DNA from: Myxococcales bacterium
GTDB lineage: Bacteria; Myxococcota_A; Polyangia; Haliangiales; Haliangiaceae
Assembly (NCBI GenBank): GCA_024222395.1
Contig: JAAEPE010000030.1
Span: forward strand, 2,920-66,919
Direction: 5' to 3'
Length of the DNA stretch: 64,000 bases
A model generated the notes under the pieces. That model saw only the letters and a list, made by a program, of their open reading frames with translations. It did no database searches and was not told the origin of the DNA. A program made the translations under genes and the position numbers. This document shows positions 18,558 through 28,756 of this stretch, piece by piece (the first letter of the stretch is position 1; every line of letters begins with the position of its first letter).

Positions 18558-20271
18558 GAATTGGCTGCTTCAACGCCCTCGGGTGGATCAGGCCAAGGTG
18601 ATCGACCGGAAGCTCCTCAACCAATTGGTCAAGGATGATTGTATTGACGAGGTCACCGCGATGGCGATTCTCGATGACGCCGACTACGACTCTCAGACTC
18701 CGGGTTGGAGATTGGTTCTCTCAGATCTCATTGAGGAGCCGCTGTGGGCCGAGCTAGTCGGAAGCCTCTTTGGCCTGGCATCCGCCGAGCTCAGCGATTT
18801 CACCATCGATAGAGATCTGTTTTCCATCGTCCCAGAAGAACTCGCAGAACGATACCAACTGATTCCGCTCACTCGGGCGGGAGATGAAGTCTACATAGGC
18901 ATCACCGACCCCCGGGAAATCGCGGTCTACGATCACCTCCGGAGTCTCTTCACCGGACCCATTCGACTTCTGGTCGTACCGCCGACACAAATCGCCGAAG
19001 CGATTCGGGTTTACTACATGGCGGCGGATACGTCCGAACTCGAACACGTCGAAGCCAGTGAAGTCGCGACGCTGACGGAGGGCGACCTGCAGGCACTCCG
19101 CGAGGGTGGTGAAGCCGGCAAGATTGTCGAGTTGGTGGATAGGCTCTTCGCGCATGCGATTGGCGTCGGTGCCTCCGACATTCATATCGAGCCCTACGGC
19201 TCGCAGGTTCGCGTGCGCTTTCGCATCGATGGCATCCTCCGCGTCGGTCCGAACTATCCAATTGTTCTGTGCCCGTGGATCGTATCTCGGGTCAAGGTGC
19301 TGGCAAAGCTCGACATCGCAGAGCGCTATTCTCCTCAAGATGGACGCGTGCGCACGAAGATGAGTGGCGTGCCCGTCGACATGCGTGTCTCCTGTCTACC
19401 CGTGGCTGGCGGGGAGAAGGTTGTCATTCGTCTCCTCGGTCACAAGATGCTCGGCAAGAGCCTCAGCGGTCTTGGAATGGGCGAAGAGCTACTCGAGTCG
19501 TTTCGCGCAGAAATCATGCGCTCACAGGGCATGATCCTCGTCACCGGACCAACAGGCTCGGGCAAGAGCACCACGCTCTACGCCGCTCTCATGGAGCGAG
19601 TGAACGACGAGGTGAACGTCGTGACAGTAGAGGATCCCATCGAATATGAGATTCCAGATCTCAACCAAGTGCCAATCAACAAGAAACGCGGGGTTACGTT
19701 TCCCAAAGCACTGCGCGCGATCTTGAGACAGGACCCAGATATTATCTTAGTCGGCGAGATCCGAGATCACGAGACCGGTTGCATTGCGGCCGAGGCTGCG
19801 GTCACAGGTCACTTGGTGCTCTCCACCTTGCACACCAACGATGCTGCTGCTGCCGTCCATCGTCTAATCGAGATGGGCGTTCCGTGTCCTCTTATAGCTC
19901 CCTCGTTGCAGGCCATCCTCGCCCAGCGACTTCTTAGAGCTGTATGCAAGGATTGCAGCATGCGCTACACCGCGTCCCCCACCGAACTGGAGGCGCTCGT
20001 GCCCCACGGTGGTCTTCGTGGCATCAAGCTCGTGGCGGGTCGAGGTTGCGCCGCATGTGAAGGGTCTGGATACAAGGGGCGCATCCCGGTCCACGAACTA
20101 CTACTCGTCGATGACGAGATGCGGGGACTCATTGGAGAGGGAGCAACCACGCTCCAAATCCGACAACACGCCATTGCGCATGGAATGAAAGATCTACGTA
20201 CGAGCGCTCTAGAGCACGTCTTCGCAGGCCTGACCTCCGCTGAGGAACTTCACCGAGTCGTAAATCTGTAG
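18541..20271 (+). CDS. GspE/PilB-family secretion/pilus ATPase
   Basis: T2SSE N-domain, Walker A GPTGSGKSTT, Asp box VTVEDPIEYEI, Walker B IILVGEIRD, His box GHLVLSTLHTNDA, tetracysteine CKDC...CAAC. Confidence 0.88.
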   Translation: MSSSAENWLLQRPRVDQAKVIDRKLLNQLVKDDCIDEVTAMAILDDADYDSQTPGWRLVLSDLIEEPLWAELVGSLFGLASAELSDFTIDRDLFSIVPEELAERYQLIPLTRAGDEVYIGITDPREIAVYDHLRSLFTGPIRLLVVPPTQIAEAIRVYYMAADTSELEHVEASEVATLTEGDLQALREGGEAGKIVELVDRLFAHAIGVGASDIHIEPYGSQVRVRFRIDGILRVGPNYPIVLCPWIVSRVKVLAKLDIAERYSPQDGRVRTKMSGVPVDMRVSCLPVAGGEKVVIRLLGHKMLGKSLSGLGMGEELLESFRAEIMRSQGMILVTGPTGSGKSTTLYAALMERVNDEVNVVTVEDPIEYEIPDLNQVPINKKRGVTFPKALRAILRQDPDIILVGEIRDHETGCIAAEAAVTGHLVLSTLHTNDAAAAVHRLIEMGVPCPLIAPSLQAILAQRLLRAVCKDCSMRYTASPTELEALVPHGGLRGIKLVAGRGCAACEGSGYKGRIPVHELLLVDDEMRGLIGEGATTLQIRQHAIAHGMKDLRTSALEHVFAGLTSAEELHRVVNL

Positions 20272-20279
20272 AGGATGTC

Positions 20280-20666
20280 ATGAACAAGTCAGTCATAATC
20301 GCAGAGAGTTCCCCCCTTGTTGGCCGGTCGATCGCTGATGCGTTCGAAGAACACGGATATCTTGTGGCGGGGATTTTCACCGACGGTCTAAGCGCCATGC
20401 GTGCTGCCAAAGCGAACCCTCCGACCATAGTGACTCTGGATCTAATTCTTCCGAGACTATCAGGGTTGCAGCTGGCAGGGGCATTGGGAAAACTTGCAAA
20501 CCCGCCACTCATCATAGCAATCAGTGCAGTAACAGCGCGATCGAGGTTGGCGCAGGCGAAAGTTGCGGGTATTCGATACTATCTGCTAAAGCCACTTGTA
20601 AACGACAAATTAAGGGAAGTGCTTAGTCGCCAGCTTGGCGTAAGCTCTAGCGCAGCGACAGGATAG
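20280..20666 (+). CDS. single-domain response regulator (CheY-like)
   Basis: VIIAESS..., IVTLDLILPRLSG, YLLKP. Confidence 0.8.
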   Translation: MNKSVIIAESSPLVGRSIADAFEEHGYLVAGIFTDGLSAMRAAKANPPTIVTLDLILPRLSGLQLAGALGKLANPPLIIAISAVTARSRLAQAKVAGIRYYLLKPLVNDKLREVLSRQLGVSSSAATG

Positions 20667-20675
20667 GGAGAAAGT

Positions 20676-21548
20676 ATGGAAGTCATTGCAGCAGCAGAAA
20701 CCGGAGGAGCCAAAGTCAGTCTTACTGACTTTGAGGCCGCCATTGAGAAGCTCGACAGCATCGAAACGATGCCGGCAGTCGCTCAGCAACTCTTGCAGAT
20801 TACATCCGATCCAGACTTCAATATGTCTCAGTTGCATGATCTGGTGCAAACCGATCAGGTAATTGCCGCCAAGATTCTTCGAGTCGCCAGTTCTCCCTTC
20901 TACGGTTCAAGGCCAGCCACGAACCTTCGGGCTGCTCTCATTCGTATAGGCATGCGAGATCTTCGAAAGCTCGTCATGGCTTCGGCCATGATGGGTAGCA
21001 AGACCACGAAATTTACTGAGGCGCTATGGCGCTATTCTCTGAAGACCGCCGCCCTCTCCGAGGCAATTGCCCAGCTAGTTCGCACCAAAGATCTCGACGA
21101 TCCCTTCTTGTGCGGCCTCATGCACGACTTCGGCACGATTCTCATGAACCAGGTAATCGGAAAGCCATACAGGACGGCAATCGGAGAACCCTGCGCTGAG
21201 GCCCAACGAGATATTGAGTTTGACACTTATGGTTTCGACCACTGTGACCTCGGGGTGATGGTCGCGCAGAAGTGGAAGCTCTTCGAAGCTCTCGAGCATG
21301 TCATGCAGCACCATCACGACCCGTTGGTGGTTGAGGAACTTGGCCTCTCTGAAGCCTCGCAAGTAGCAGTTTTTCTTGTGTCACTTGCCAGACAGATGGC
21401 TCTTGGGCTGCCAGAAGAGACAAGCGAACTCGTAACGGAGTTGTGCCAAAGGCTCGCCCTTAGTGAAGAAGAACTCGCCGAATGCGAGGCGAGGGGCATG
21501 GAGCGATACAACGACATGTATTCTGGGCTGCTCCCCAGTCGTACCTGA
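20676..21548 (+). CDS. HDOD-domain protein
   Basis: MPAVAQQLLQITSDPDFNMSQLHDLVQTDQVIAAKILRVASSPFYG, followed by LMHDFGTIL. Confidence 0.8.
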   Translation: MEVIAAAETGGAKVSLTDFEAAIEKLDSIETMPAVAQQLLQITSDPDFNMSQLHDLVQTDQVIAAKILRVASSPFYGSRPATNLRAALIRIGMRDLRKLVMASAMMGSKTTKFTEALWRYSLKTAALSEAIAQLVRTKDLDDPFLCGLMHDFGTILMNQVIGKPYRTAIGEPCAEAQRDIEFDTYGFDHCDLGVMVAQKWKLFEALEHVMQHHHDPLVVEELGLSEASQVAVFLVSLARQMALGLPEETSELVTELCQRLALSEEELAECEARGMERYNDMYSGLLPSRT

Positions 21549-21589
21549 ACGTCTGTTTGCGGCAACTGCGCTGAATTTAAGCAGAAAAA

Positions 21590-22549
21590 TTGCCCAACCC
21601 GGCTAGGTGTGTGCATGAAGTTTGGGTGCCAGTTGCACCCAAAGACCCGACGAGCCGCAGGGCTCGCAAGACGAGCTCGAGGCCCACTCGAAAGACCCGT
21701 GGAGGCGGGAGCGCGAGCAACCGCAAGCGCGTGCCTCTCCGAGAGAGTATTCCGGATATGCGAGAGGTCGGAAGACGGACTCTCGGTGTCGCAAAGAGCA
21801 GCCTGCCTTTCGTGGGCATTGTCGGTGCGGTGGCCCTGGCCTTGGGTGGGGGCTACTTCGGCTACCAGTGGGTGACCCACTCGTCCCGCTTTGCTATCGC
21901 CGAACTTGAGGTCAGCGGCAATGCTCGGCTCGGAGAGAGGGAAATCACCGATCTTCTCAGGCTTGGACCGAACCCCAACGTCTTCCTTGCGGATATGGGG
22001 ACCTTGGAGAGTCGACTCGAAGCCAGCCCATGGATCGTCCGCGCCGAGGTCTCTCGGCTGCTGCCCACCGGCTTGGAGATTGAAATTCAGGAAGAAGCCG
22101 CAATCGCCGTCGTGGAGCTGGATGGCCTGTATCTAGCGAATGAGAAGGGCCAGCTCTTCAAGCGTGCAAATGTTGTGGGCGGAGAGGTCGATGGGCTGAG
22201 CATCGTCACCGGGATCAGCCGTGACGAACACTTGGCGGATCCAGCAGGCACTCAAGAGCGACTCCAATTCGCTCTCGATGCACTTCACGGCTTCGCTGTG
22301 AAGACCGACCGGCCACAGATTGGAGAAGTCCATCTCGATGCACGGCATGGCATCAGCCTGATTACATTCGACGACGCGATCGCAATTCATATCGGTATGC
22401 CTCGAAAAGGGGAATTGGCAGAGCGCTACCGAGCGTTTGACTCAGCATGGCATGCCCTTGATGCCGAGGAGCATGCTGCTGCTAGGTCATTTCGTATCGC
22501 CGATCGCACACCATCAGACCGGGTCACGGTCGCATTCGCGGGGAACTAG
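21590..22549 (+). CDS. ftsQ: cell division protein FtsQ
   Basis: Basic N-tail, one TM (FVGIVGAVALALGGGYFGY), POTRA-like FAIAELEVSGNARL. Position before ftsA. The start is uncertain (TTG 21590, GTG 21611 or ATG ~21757). Confidence 0.75.
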   Translation: MPNPARCVHEVWVPVAPKDPTSRRARKTSSRPTRKTRGGGSASNRKRVPLRESIPDMREVGRRTLGVAKSSLPFVGIVGAVALALGGGYFGYQWVTHSSRFAIAELEVSGNARLGEREITDLLRLGPNPNVFLADMGTLESRLEASPWIVRAEVSRLLPTGLEIEIQEEAAIAVVELDGLYLANEKGQLFKRANVVGGEVDGLSIVTGISRDEHLADPAGTQERLQFALDALHGFAVKTDRPQIGEVHLDARHGISLITFDDAIAIHIGMPRKGELAERYRAFDSAWHALDAEEHAAARSFRIADRTPSDRVTVAFAGN

Positions 22550-22555
22550 AAGAAC

Positions 22556-23788
22556 ATGGCAAGAGTGAAACGAGACGAGATCATCGTCGGACTGGACATC
22601 GGCACCAGCAAAATTGCAGCAATCGTCGGCGAGGTCACCGAAGACGGGCTAGACATCATTGGCATTGGAACGGCTCGCTCCAAGGGCATGCGCAAAGGAG
22701 TTGTCGTCAACATCGACACCACAGTGCAGGCGATCAAGAAGGCGATCGAAGAAGCCGAGCACATGGCGGGCTGCGATATCTCCACGATCTATGTAGGCAT
22801 CGCAGGTGGGCACATTCGCGGCCTCAATTCGCATGGAATCGTAGCAGTGAAGGACCAAGAGGTTCGCGAGAATGATATTGCCCGAGTGATCGAAGCGGCC
22901 AAAGCGGTAGCAATTCCGGCAGATCGCGAAATTCTGCATGTGGTTCCCCAGCAGTACATCATCGACGATCAAGACGGTATTCGCGATCCGCTAGGCATGA
23001 GCGGCGTTCGCCTCGAAGCCAAGGTTCACATCACAACGACTCTAGTCTCCAGCGCCCAGAACGTCGTCAAGTGCGCCAATCGCTGCGGGCTCGAGGTCGC
23101 GGAAATCGTTCTCGAGCCTCTAGCCTCAGCCGAGGCTGTCGTTGATGACGACGAGAAAGAGCTCGGAGTGGCTCTCGTAGATATTGGCGGCGGCACCACG
23201 GATATCGTCGTCTACTGCGATGGCGCCATGGTGCACTCTGCGGTGTTGCCGCTTGGTGGATTCCAGGTCACCAACGATATCGCCATTGGTCTTCGTACCC
23301 CACTGCAGGCCGCCGAGGGCATCAAGCGCAAGTACGGTTGCTGCCTACCCTATCTCGTCGACGAATCGGAGATTATGGAGGTGCCATCGGTTGGGGGGCG
23401 AGAACCTCGCGAAGTCTCACGCCGCTTGTTGATTGAGAAAATCGTCCAGCCGCGGATGGAGGAGATATTCCAACACGTGCGCAAGGAGTTGGAAGAGAGT
23501 GGATTGTTGCCGCAATTGGCCGCGGGCGTCGTGCTCACCGGTGGTTGCACGCATTTGGAAGGCCTACCCGATCTAGCAGAGACCGTGCTCGACTTGCCTG
23601 CACGGCAGTCGACACCGAGTGGCATCGGTGGCCTTACCGATGTCGTGAATTCGCCCGAATACTCCACGGCTGTGGGCCTTGTGCGCTATGGAAGTCGCGG
23701 TGAGGGTATTCCGGTTGTTGCAATGGAATCGAAGAGCGATAGCGGCGTCTGGCGCAAGATGCGCGGCTGGATGAGCGAGATTTTCTAG
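22556..23788 (+). CDS. ftsA: cell division protein FtsA
   Basis: [30 protein letters not shown], actin-like ATPase fold, amphipathic C-terminus [12 protein letters not shown]. Confidence 0.9.
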   Translation: MARVKRDEIIVGLDIGTSKIAAIVGEVTEDGLDIIGIGTARSKGMRKGVVVNIDTTVQAIKKAIEEAEHMAGCDISTIYVGIAGGHIRGLNSHGIVAVKDQEVRENDIARVIEAAKAVAIPADREILHVVPQQYIIDDQDGIRDPLGMSGVRLEAKVHITTTLVSSAQNVVKCANRCGLEVAEIVLEPLASAEAVVDDDEKELGVALVDIGGGTTDIVVYCDGAMVHSAVLPLGGFQVTNDIAIGLRTPLQAAEGIKRKYGCCLPYLVDESEIMEVPSVGGREPREVSRRLLIEKIVQPRMEEIFQHVRKELEESGLLPQLAAGVVLTGGCTHLEGLPDLAETVLDLPARQSTPSGIGGLTDVVNSPEYSTAVGLVRYGSRGEGIPVVAMESKSDSGVWRKMRGWMSEIF

Positions 23789-23901
23789 GAGCATCTCCAT
23801 CTAGCCCTCTTGAAGTGACTCTTTTTCACTTCTTAGAAGGACAAAAAGTTGCCCCTCGTGAACCACCTAGAGAAATAGTGGGCGGGGAGGAAGAGAACAG
23901 C

Positions 23902-25353
23902 ATGGCACTACTTGAATTTGAAGATATGTCTCACGCCAAGATTATGGTCGTGGGTTGCGGCGGCGGCGGCGGCAACGCAGTCAATACGATGATCGCATCC
24001 AACTTGGATGGGGTTGAGTTCTGTACAGCAAACACTGACATGCAGGCGCTCGAAGCCAACATGGCCGGTACAAAGATTCAGCTTGGTGATCACCTCACCA
24101 AGGGCCTCGGCGCAGGTGCGAACCCCGAAGTGGGTCGCAAGAGCGCTGAGGAGAGCCGTCAGCTCATCGAAGATGTAGTCGCTGGTGCCGACATGGTCTT
24201 CGTAACAGCAGGCATGGGCGGCGGAACGGGCACTGGCGCAGCTCCGGTTGTTGCACGCATTGCGCGCGAAGCAGGTGCGCTCACTGTTGGCGTCGTAACT
24301 AAGCCTTTCACGTTCGAGGGGCACCGCCGGCAGAAGCAGGCGGTTTCTGGGATCGCCGAGCTCGAAGAAGCTGTCGATACTCTTATCGTCATCCCAAATG
24401 ACAAACTGCTCGAGCTGGTTGGCCACGATTTCAGCATGATCGACGCCTTCAAGAAGGCCGACGAAGTGCTTCTCAATGCAACCCGAGGCATCTCGGACTT
24501 GATGACGATTCCTGGTCTCATCAACGTCGACTTTGCGGACGTTCGCACCATCATGAGCAACCAAGGTCGTGCGCTCATGGGCAGCGGCAGCTCTAGCGGC
24601 AAGAAACGTGCGGAAGAGGCAGCGCGTGAAGCGATTTCGTCTCCTCTACTGGAAGACATCAGTATTCATGGTGCAACCGGCATTCTCATCAACATCACCG
24701 GTGGACCCGACATGGGCATCCACGAGGTCAGCGAAGCTTGTACCCTCGTTGAAGATGCCGCCCATGAAGATGCCAATATCATCTTCGGTTCTGTCGTCGA
24801 CCCGAACATTGGCGACGACGTACGCATCACCGTGATTGCTACCGGTTTTGACCGTCCACAAGAGGGCGTCTCTCCTAGCCAAGGTGTGGGTGGGCAGCAC
24901 ACGGGTGCCGCTCCGGTGGCGTACCAATCCAAGAGTCAAATCACGCGCGACTATCCCCCGGCCGCCTCGCGGCGTGCACGTGGAACTCGCGAGGTCGTGG
25001 TCTCTGCGCCGAGCATGACCGCTCCGAATCACTGCGCACCGATCATCACGCCGGCCGCCGGCCTGCTCTCAGATGAGGACGTCCCGATTCATGAGGCATC
25101 CGAAGTAGACCGCGCGCTTGCTGACTTGATGAGCGAATCGGCTCCTAGTCAGGCTGCTCTCGGAATGGCACAGGGCTCGGGTCCATCGATTGCGTCTCAT
25201 GGTGCAGTCAACATCGCGATGGCACAAAGCCCGAGCGAATCCGTTCGTCGCGAATTCGGTAGCGTGCATCCAGGCCTTCGCACGGTCTTTGTGGATGCGG
25301 AGCCCGAGAGCGAGCTTGACGTTCCCACCTTCCTACGCCGCGGCGCTGACTGA
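23902..25353 (+). CDS. ftsZ: cell division GTPase FtsZ
   Basis: [24 protein letters not shown] tubulin signature, long linker, C-terminal DVPTFLRR peptide. ATG 23902 is preceded by GGGGAGGAAGAG. Confidence 0.92.
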   Translation: MALLEFEDMSHAKIMVVGCGGGGGNAVNTMIASNLDGVEFCTANTDMQALEANMAGTKIQLGDHLTKGLGAGANPEVGRKSAEESRQLIEDVVAGADMVFVTAGMGGGTGTGAAPVVARIAREAGALTVGVVTKPFTFEGHRRQKQAVSGIAELEEAVDTLIVIPNDKLLELVGHDFSMIDAFKKADEVLLNATRGISDLMTIPGLINVDFADVRTIMSNQGRALMGSGSSSGKKRAEEAAREAISSPLLEDISIHGATGILINITGGPDMGIHEVSEACTLVEDAAHEDANIIFGSVVDPNIGDDVRITVIATGFDRPQEGVSPSQGVGGQHTGAAPVAYQSKSQITRDYPPAASRRARGTREVVVSAPSMTAPNHCAPIITPAAGLLSDEDVPIHEASEVDRALADLMSESAPSQAALGMAQGSGPSIASHGAVNIAMAQSPSESVRREFGSVHPGLRTVFVDAEPESELDVPTFLRRGAD

Positions 25354-25382
25354 TCTGGGCATCTCCTAGCCAACCTCTCAAG

Positions 25383-25420
25383 ACACCGCTCGCCCAACCG
25401 GCGCAGTGGTGTTTTCTTTT
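25383..25420 (+). terminator. probable Rho-independent terminator after ftsZ
   Basis: Imperfect GC-rich stem ACACCGCT...AGTGGTGT followed by TTTTCTTTT. Confidence 0.5.
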
Positions 25421-25491
25421 GTGAAGGCGATGTGGAGCGATAACCGGCAAAGGCGTCCGAAAGTTCTCGGAGAACCCCAGCGTTCATTGGG

Positions 25492-26160
25492 GTGAGCTAT
25501 CGTTGCCAGGTGCTCTTCGAGGACTACAGTGCGCTGCTGTTGGTTGGCCATGCTGTCGGCGCCTTGCTCTGCGTGGCGCTGAGCACTCACCTACTCGTTT
25601 GGCTGCGCCGCTGGTCCCGGGGCACTGTGCGGCACGGCAGCATTCGCCGGTTTGCAGTGTGGTCCGCTGTAGCCTACGCCACAACCATGCTGCTTGGCAT
25701 GGCGCTCTATCCAACCTACAAGGTTCGGGTACGCGCCGAGTACCTCGAAAACCCAACGGCCATCAGCCGTGCGACGGAAGAGAATGCAGAGGCTGCTCGC
25801 CGAGCAATGGCGCGCAATCAAGAGAGTCGGCGTTTTCGAAGTGGCATATCCGGGAGCGCCAAGCCGCTACCGCCGCTCGATGTCGACCAACGCCAAACGA
25901 TCGAGATCCGTGCAGATCGCAAAATCACTCGGGCTGCGAAGCTGATGAGATGGTTCGATGTGAAGGAGCACTGGAGTGCCCTAGGCCTCATACTAGCCGG
26001 TGCACTCTTGCTCCTCTTGTGGGTTGCGCCATCAGAAAAACCCCAACGTGGAATCGCTCGTTCGACGTTGGCATTGGCTCTTGCGAGTGCCGCAATTGCC
26101 TGGTCAGCCGCCATTATCGGGGTTCTAGTGACCGCGGCTCGTTCAGTCGCTGGAATTTAG
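25492..26160 (+). CDS. hypothetical polytopic membrane protein
   Basis: About 4 hydrophobic helices. GTG start. No family recognised. The overlapping +1 ORF (25503-26174) is Arg/Pro-rich and looks like a shadow. Confidence 0.45.
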   Translation: MSYRCQVLFEDYSALLLVGHAVGALLCVALSTHLLVWLRRWSRGTVRHGSIRRFAVWSAVAYATTMLLGMALYPTYKVRVRAEYLENPTAISRATEENAEAARRAMARNQESRRFRSGISGSAKPLPPLDVDQRQTIEIRADRKITRAAKLMRWFDVKEHWSALGLILAGALLLLLWVAPSEKPQRGIARSTLALALASAAIAWSAAIIGVLVTAARSVAGI

Positions 26161-27000
26161 ACCGCGCTTCATAAGATCGATCGGCGCTTTGCAGCCGGTC
26201 CAGATCTCAAATGCGATCGCACCTTGGTGCAAGAGCATCCCGGAACCATCAACGGTCGCGAGGCCCAGGGCGCCTGCTTCGGCAATGAGCGCTGTCTTTC
26301 GATGATAAATGAGCGAGCTAACAATGGCGTCCTTTGGCAGTCTCTTCAGCGGCATAGGACATGGCGCGAGCTTCTCGTTCTCGGCGCTCAGACCAAGAGA
26401 CGTGCAGTCGATTAGCAGATCACAGGAGGCTAAGAGTTGTTCTAGTTTCTCTGAGGTCCAAGACTCAGCATCCGTCCACCCGACCTTGGACGGTGTTCTC
26501 GCAACGACCTTGACAGAGGTGGCCCCAGCCTCTGCTACTCCGACAGCCACGGCCCTGGCCGCTCCGCCGCCCCCCAAGAGCACTACGCGGCGACCTGCGA
26601 TCTCCTCTCCGCTGTCCTCTTCGAAGGCTCGCACGTATCCCGGCGCATCGGTGTTGTGTCCTACGAGTCTTCCGTCGGAGCGAAACTCGAGAGTATTGAC
26701 GGCCCCGATCTTCTCGGCAGAGGGAGAGAGTTCGTCGCAGCACTGCATCACGGCGGTCTTGTGGGGAACGGTGACGCTTGCGCCTAGGAGGCCGATTGCG
26801 CGCAAACCGGCTACTGTTGCGAGTAACTCGCTCGGCGATACGGTCATCGCGACGTAGACCGCATCGATTGCTGCTGCGGCGAAGCCAGCGTTGTGGAGCG
26901 CCGGCGACTTACTGTGGCTTGCCGGGTCGCCGAGCACCGCGGCTAGACGCGTCTTGCCGCTAATGATCACGGCTCGCCTCCTCGAGGGGATCGAGAGCAA
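26143..27000 (-). CDS. aroE: shikimate dehydrogenase
   Basis: HSKSPALHNAGF, SVTVPHK, NTDAPG, LLGGGGAARAV. The start may be GTG 26970 rather than ATG 27000. Confidence 0.85.
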   Translation of the reverse strand: MLSIPSRRRAVIISGKTRLAAVLGDPASHSKSPALHNAGFAAAAIDAVYVAMTVSPSELLATVAGLRAIGLLGASVTVPHKTAVMQCCDELSPSAEKIGAVNTLEFRSDGRLVGHNTDAPGYVRAFEEDSGEEIAGRRVVLLGGGGAARAVAVGVAEAGATSVKVVARTPSKVGWTDAESWTSEKLEQLLASCDLLIDCTSLGLSAENEKLAPCPMPLKRLPKDAIVSSLIYHRKTALIAEAGALGLATVDGSGMLLHQGAIAFEIWTGCKAPIDLMKRGLNSSD

Positions 27001-27610
27001 CTAAGCAGACCGCGATGCTGTACCCGTAGCGTTTGGCTCGCTTGAGCTCGAGTGCCAGCAGCTTCTTGAAGCACTCGAAGTGATGAAAGCCGGTGACGTT
27101 GCCGCTGTGGCCCACTTGGTGCGGCGTGTCGCGCAGCCTAGCCTCTGCGCTGTGCAGTGCCCGAATTCGATCGCGGCTCTGGGCGAGCATGCCTGCCGCA
27201 TGCACCAGCGTGCCCAAGGTCTCGACGCTGTGGGGCCGGACGGCGCAAAGAGGCACATCGAATGCCGCGAAACACTCTCTGGCGGTCGCGGGCGGACCGG
27301 GCGGACGGGGAACAGTCTTGACCCGATCGACGAGGTTCTGTCCCTCGGGCAGCGAGACTATTAGTAAATCGGGAGGATTATAACCCAGGCATCGGCGCTC
27401 GATGGCGTCGGCGCTCGATTCCACAGCGAGGCGGTATCCAAGGTTCTGAATGGCTTGTCTAGCCCTTAGGTGGGCCGATTCCATCGTCTCGTAGACTGCG
27501 ATTGTGCCGGAAAACGTGCCTCCAGAGGGAAATCCCTGAACGCCACCATCGTCTGGCTCCACCATAGCAACACGGTACACCTTTGCTCCAGAGTAGCGCC
27601 AGACGTTCAA
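26960..27610 (-). CDS. hypothetical protein: receiver-like N-terminus, C-terminus stops ~40 aa into a GGDEF-like domain
   Basis: TGFHHFECFKKLLALELKRAKRYGYSIAVCLVALD resembles the first helix/strand of GGDEF domains. The ORF then ends inside the aroE start region. Confidence 0.4.
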   Translation of the reverse strand: MNVWRYSGAKVYRVAMVEPDDGGVQGFPSGGTFSGTIAVYETMESAHLRARQAIQNLGYRLAVESSADAIERRCLGYNPPDLLIVSLPEGQNLVDRVKTVPRPPGPPATARECFAAFDVPLCAVRPHSVETLGTLVHAAGMLAQSRDRIRALHSAEARLRDTPHQVGHSGNVTGFHHFECFKKLLALELKRAKRYGYSIAVCLVALDPLEEASRDH

Positions 27611-27634
27611 GCGAGCTAATCTGAGCGCGCCACG

Positions 27635-28717
27635 ATGGCCAACAAACCTTCCGAATCGCCAGACAAGGCAGCTGTGGACGAACTCGATCCAGAGTTGGTC
27701 AAACTGCCGCGCCCGAAAACGCGCATCCGCCCCATCATGGCGATGGCCATCATCGGAATTTGTCTAACAATTGGCCTACGCCTCAGTGGCGATCTGCGCT
27801 TCTCTTGGCTCGGTGATCCCACCGCTGTCGATGGCGTCACGGCGCTGGGCTCAGAGCACGAGAATCAATTCATCGAATTGCATGTGCGTCCCGATCGCCC
27901 CCAAGCCCTGCGGGTTGTTCCGAGTCGCTCGTCGACAGGCCTGGTACTCGTACCGACGCTCGGAACCGGGGGCTCTCTCTGGCTGCTCCTGCCAGCCACG
28001 CCCTGGACTGCTGAGGATGCAACGAACGAGGTCTACCGAGGCAGGCTCCAGAGGCTCTCAGATACGAACTTTGACGAAGCACTCAGGAGCCACGTTGCCG
28101 ACGGAACGGTCGCTATTCGGCCAATTCCCCTCGATAGCCTTAGAGGTGCACTGAGTTCCGGTGCGAATGATGTGCTTGATGTTAGCGGCGACCGGTTCAC
28201 TCTGGCGAGCACAACGGCCGTACAGATCGAAGAGGTAGCCACAGATCTTGTTCGCGTCGTCGCGGTGTCAACGGATCCATATCGGGATGAGACAAGTTGG
28301 TCATTGGCGCTGCAGAATGCTGGAGTGTTGCCGCCCGAAACCGCACCAGTGTCGAGTAATCCCGATACTTGGACGTTTGATGTTCCAGCGCCGCAAGGGC
28401 TTGCGGAAATCAAAGCAAAACTTCGCGCGAGCAAGCTCTTCGCGGCCCAGGCCTCGGAGATTCGCAGCATGCGCCGCGGAATCTGGAGTGAGCTCAGCCT
28501 CGACGGGGATGACGTCCTACTTAGCAATGCGAGACCGGGCTATCATACGGTTCGTGTGGCAGTGAGCGCGCCGCCATTGGTGGCAAGCGGCGCATTTGTT
28601 CTAGATACGACAGAAGAACCAAACACGTACTGGTATGTGATCATTATCGTGCTCGCGCTGGCGGCGTTCGCACTACTTTTCGCACTGGGTCTCTACCGAA
28701 CGATTCGCCGAAACTAA
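27635..28717 (+). CDS. hypothetical bitopic membrane protein
   Basis: TM helices near both ends (IMAMAIIGICLTIGL; YVIIIVLALAAFALLFALGLY) bracket a ~270-aa domain. No family recognised. Confidence 0.45.
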   Translation: MANKPSESPDKAAVDELDPELVKLPRPKTRIRPIMAMAIIGICLTIGLRLSGDLRFSWLGDPTAVDGVTALGSEHENQFIELHVRPDRPQALRVVPSRSSTGLVLVPTLGTGGSLWLLLPATPWTAEDATNEVYRGRLQRLSDTNFDEALRSHVADGTVAIRPIPLDSLRGALSSGANDVLDVSGDRFTLASTTAVQIEEVATDLVRVVAVSTDPYRDETSWSLALQNAGVLPPETAPVSSNPDTWTFDVPAPQGLAEIKAKLRASKLFAAQASEIRSMRRGIWSELSLDGDDVLLSNARPGYHTVRVAVSAPPLVASGAFVLDTTEEPNTYWYVIIIVLALAAFALLFALGLYRTIRRN

Positions 28718-28756
28718 GAATTTCCCTAGTCTCAAGGCACACTCGTATCGTCAGTG

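Noticed and set aside
23908-24564. 218-aa ORF antisense to ftsZ, with similar long antisense ORFs at 396-755, 18754-19338, 48102-48869, 56055-56615 and 62738-63460
   Set aside because: Each is opposite a gene with unmistakable family motifs. Long antisense ORFs are expected at this GC content, and none shows a recognisable motif.
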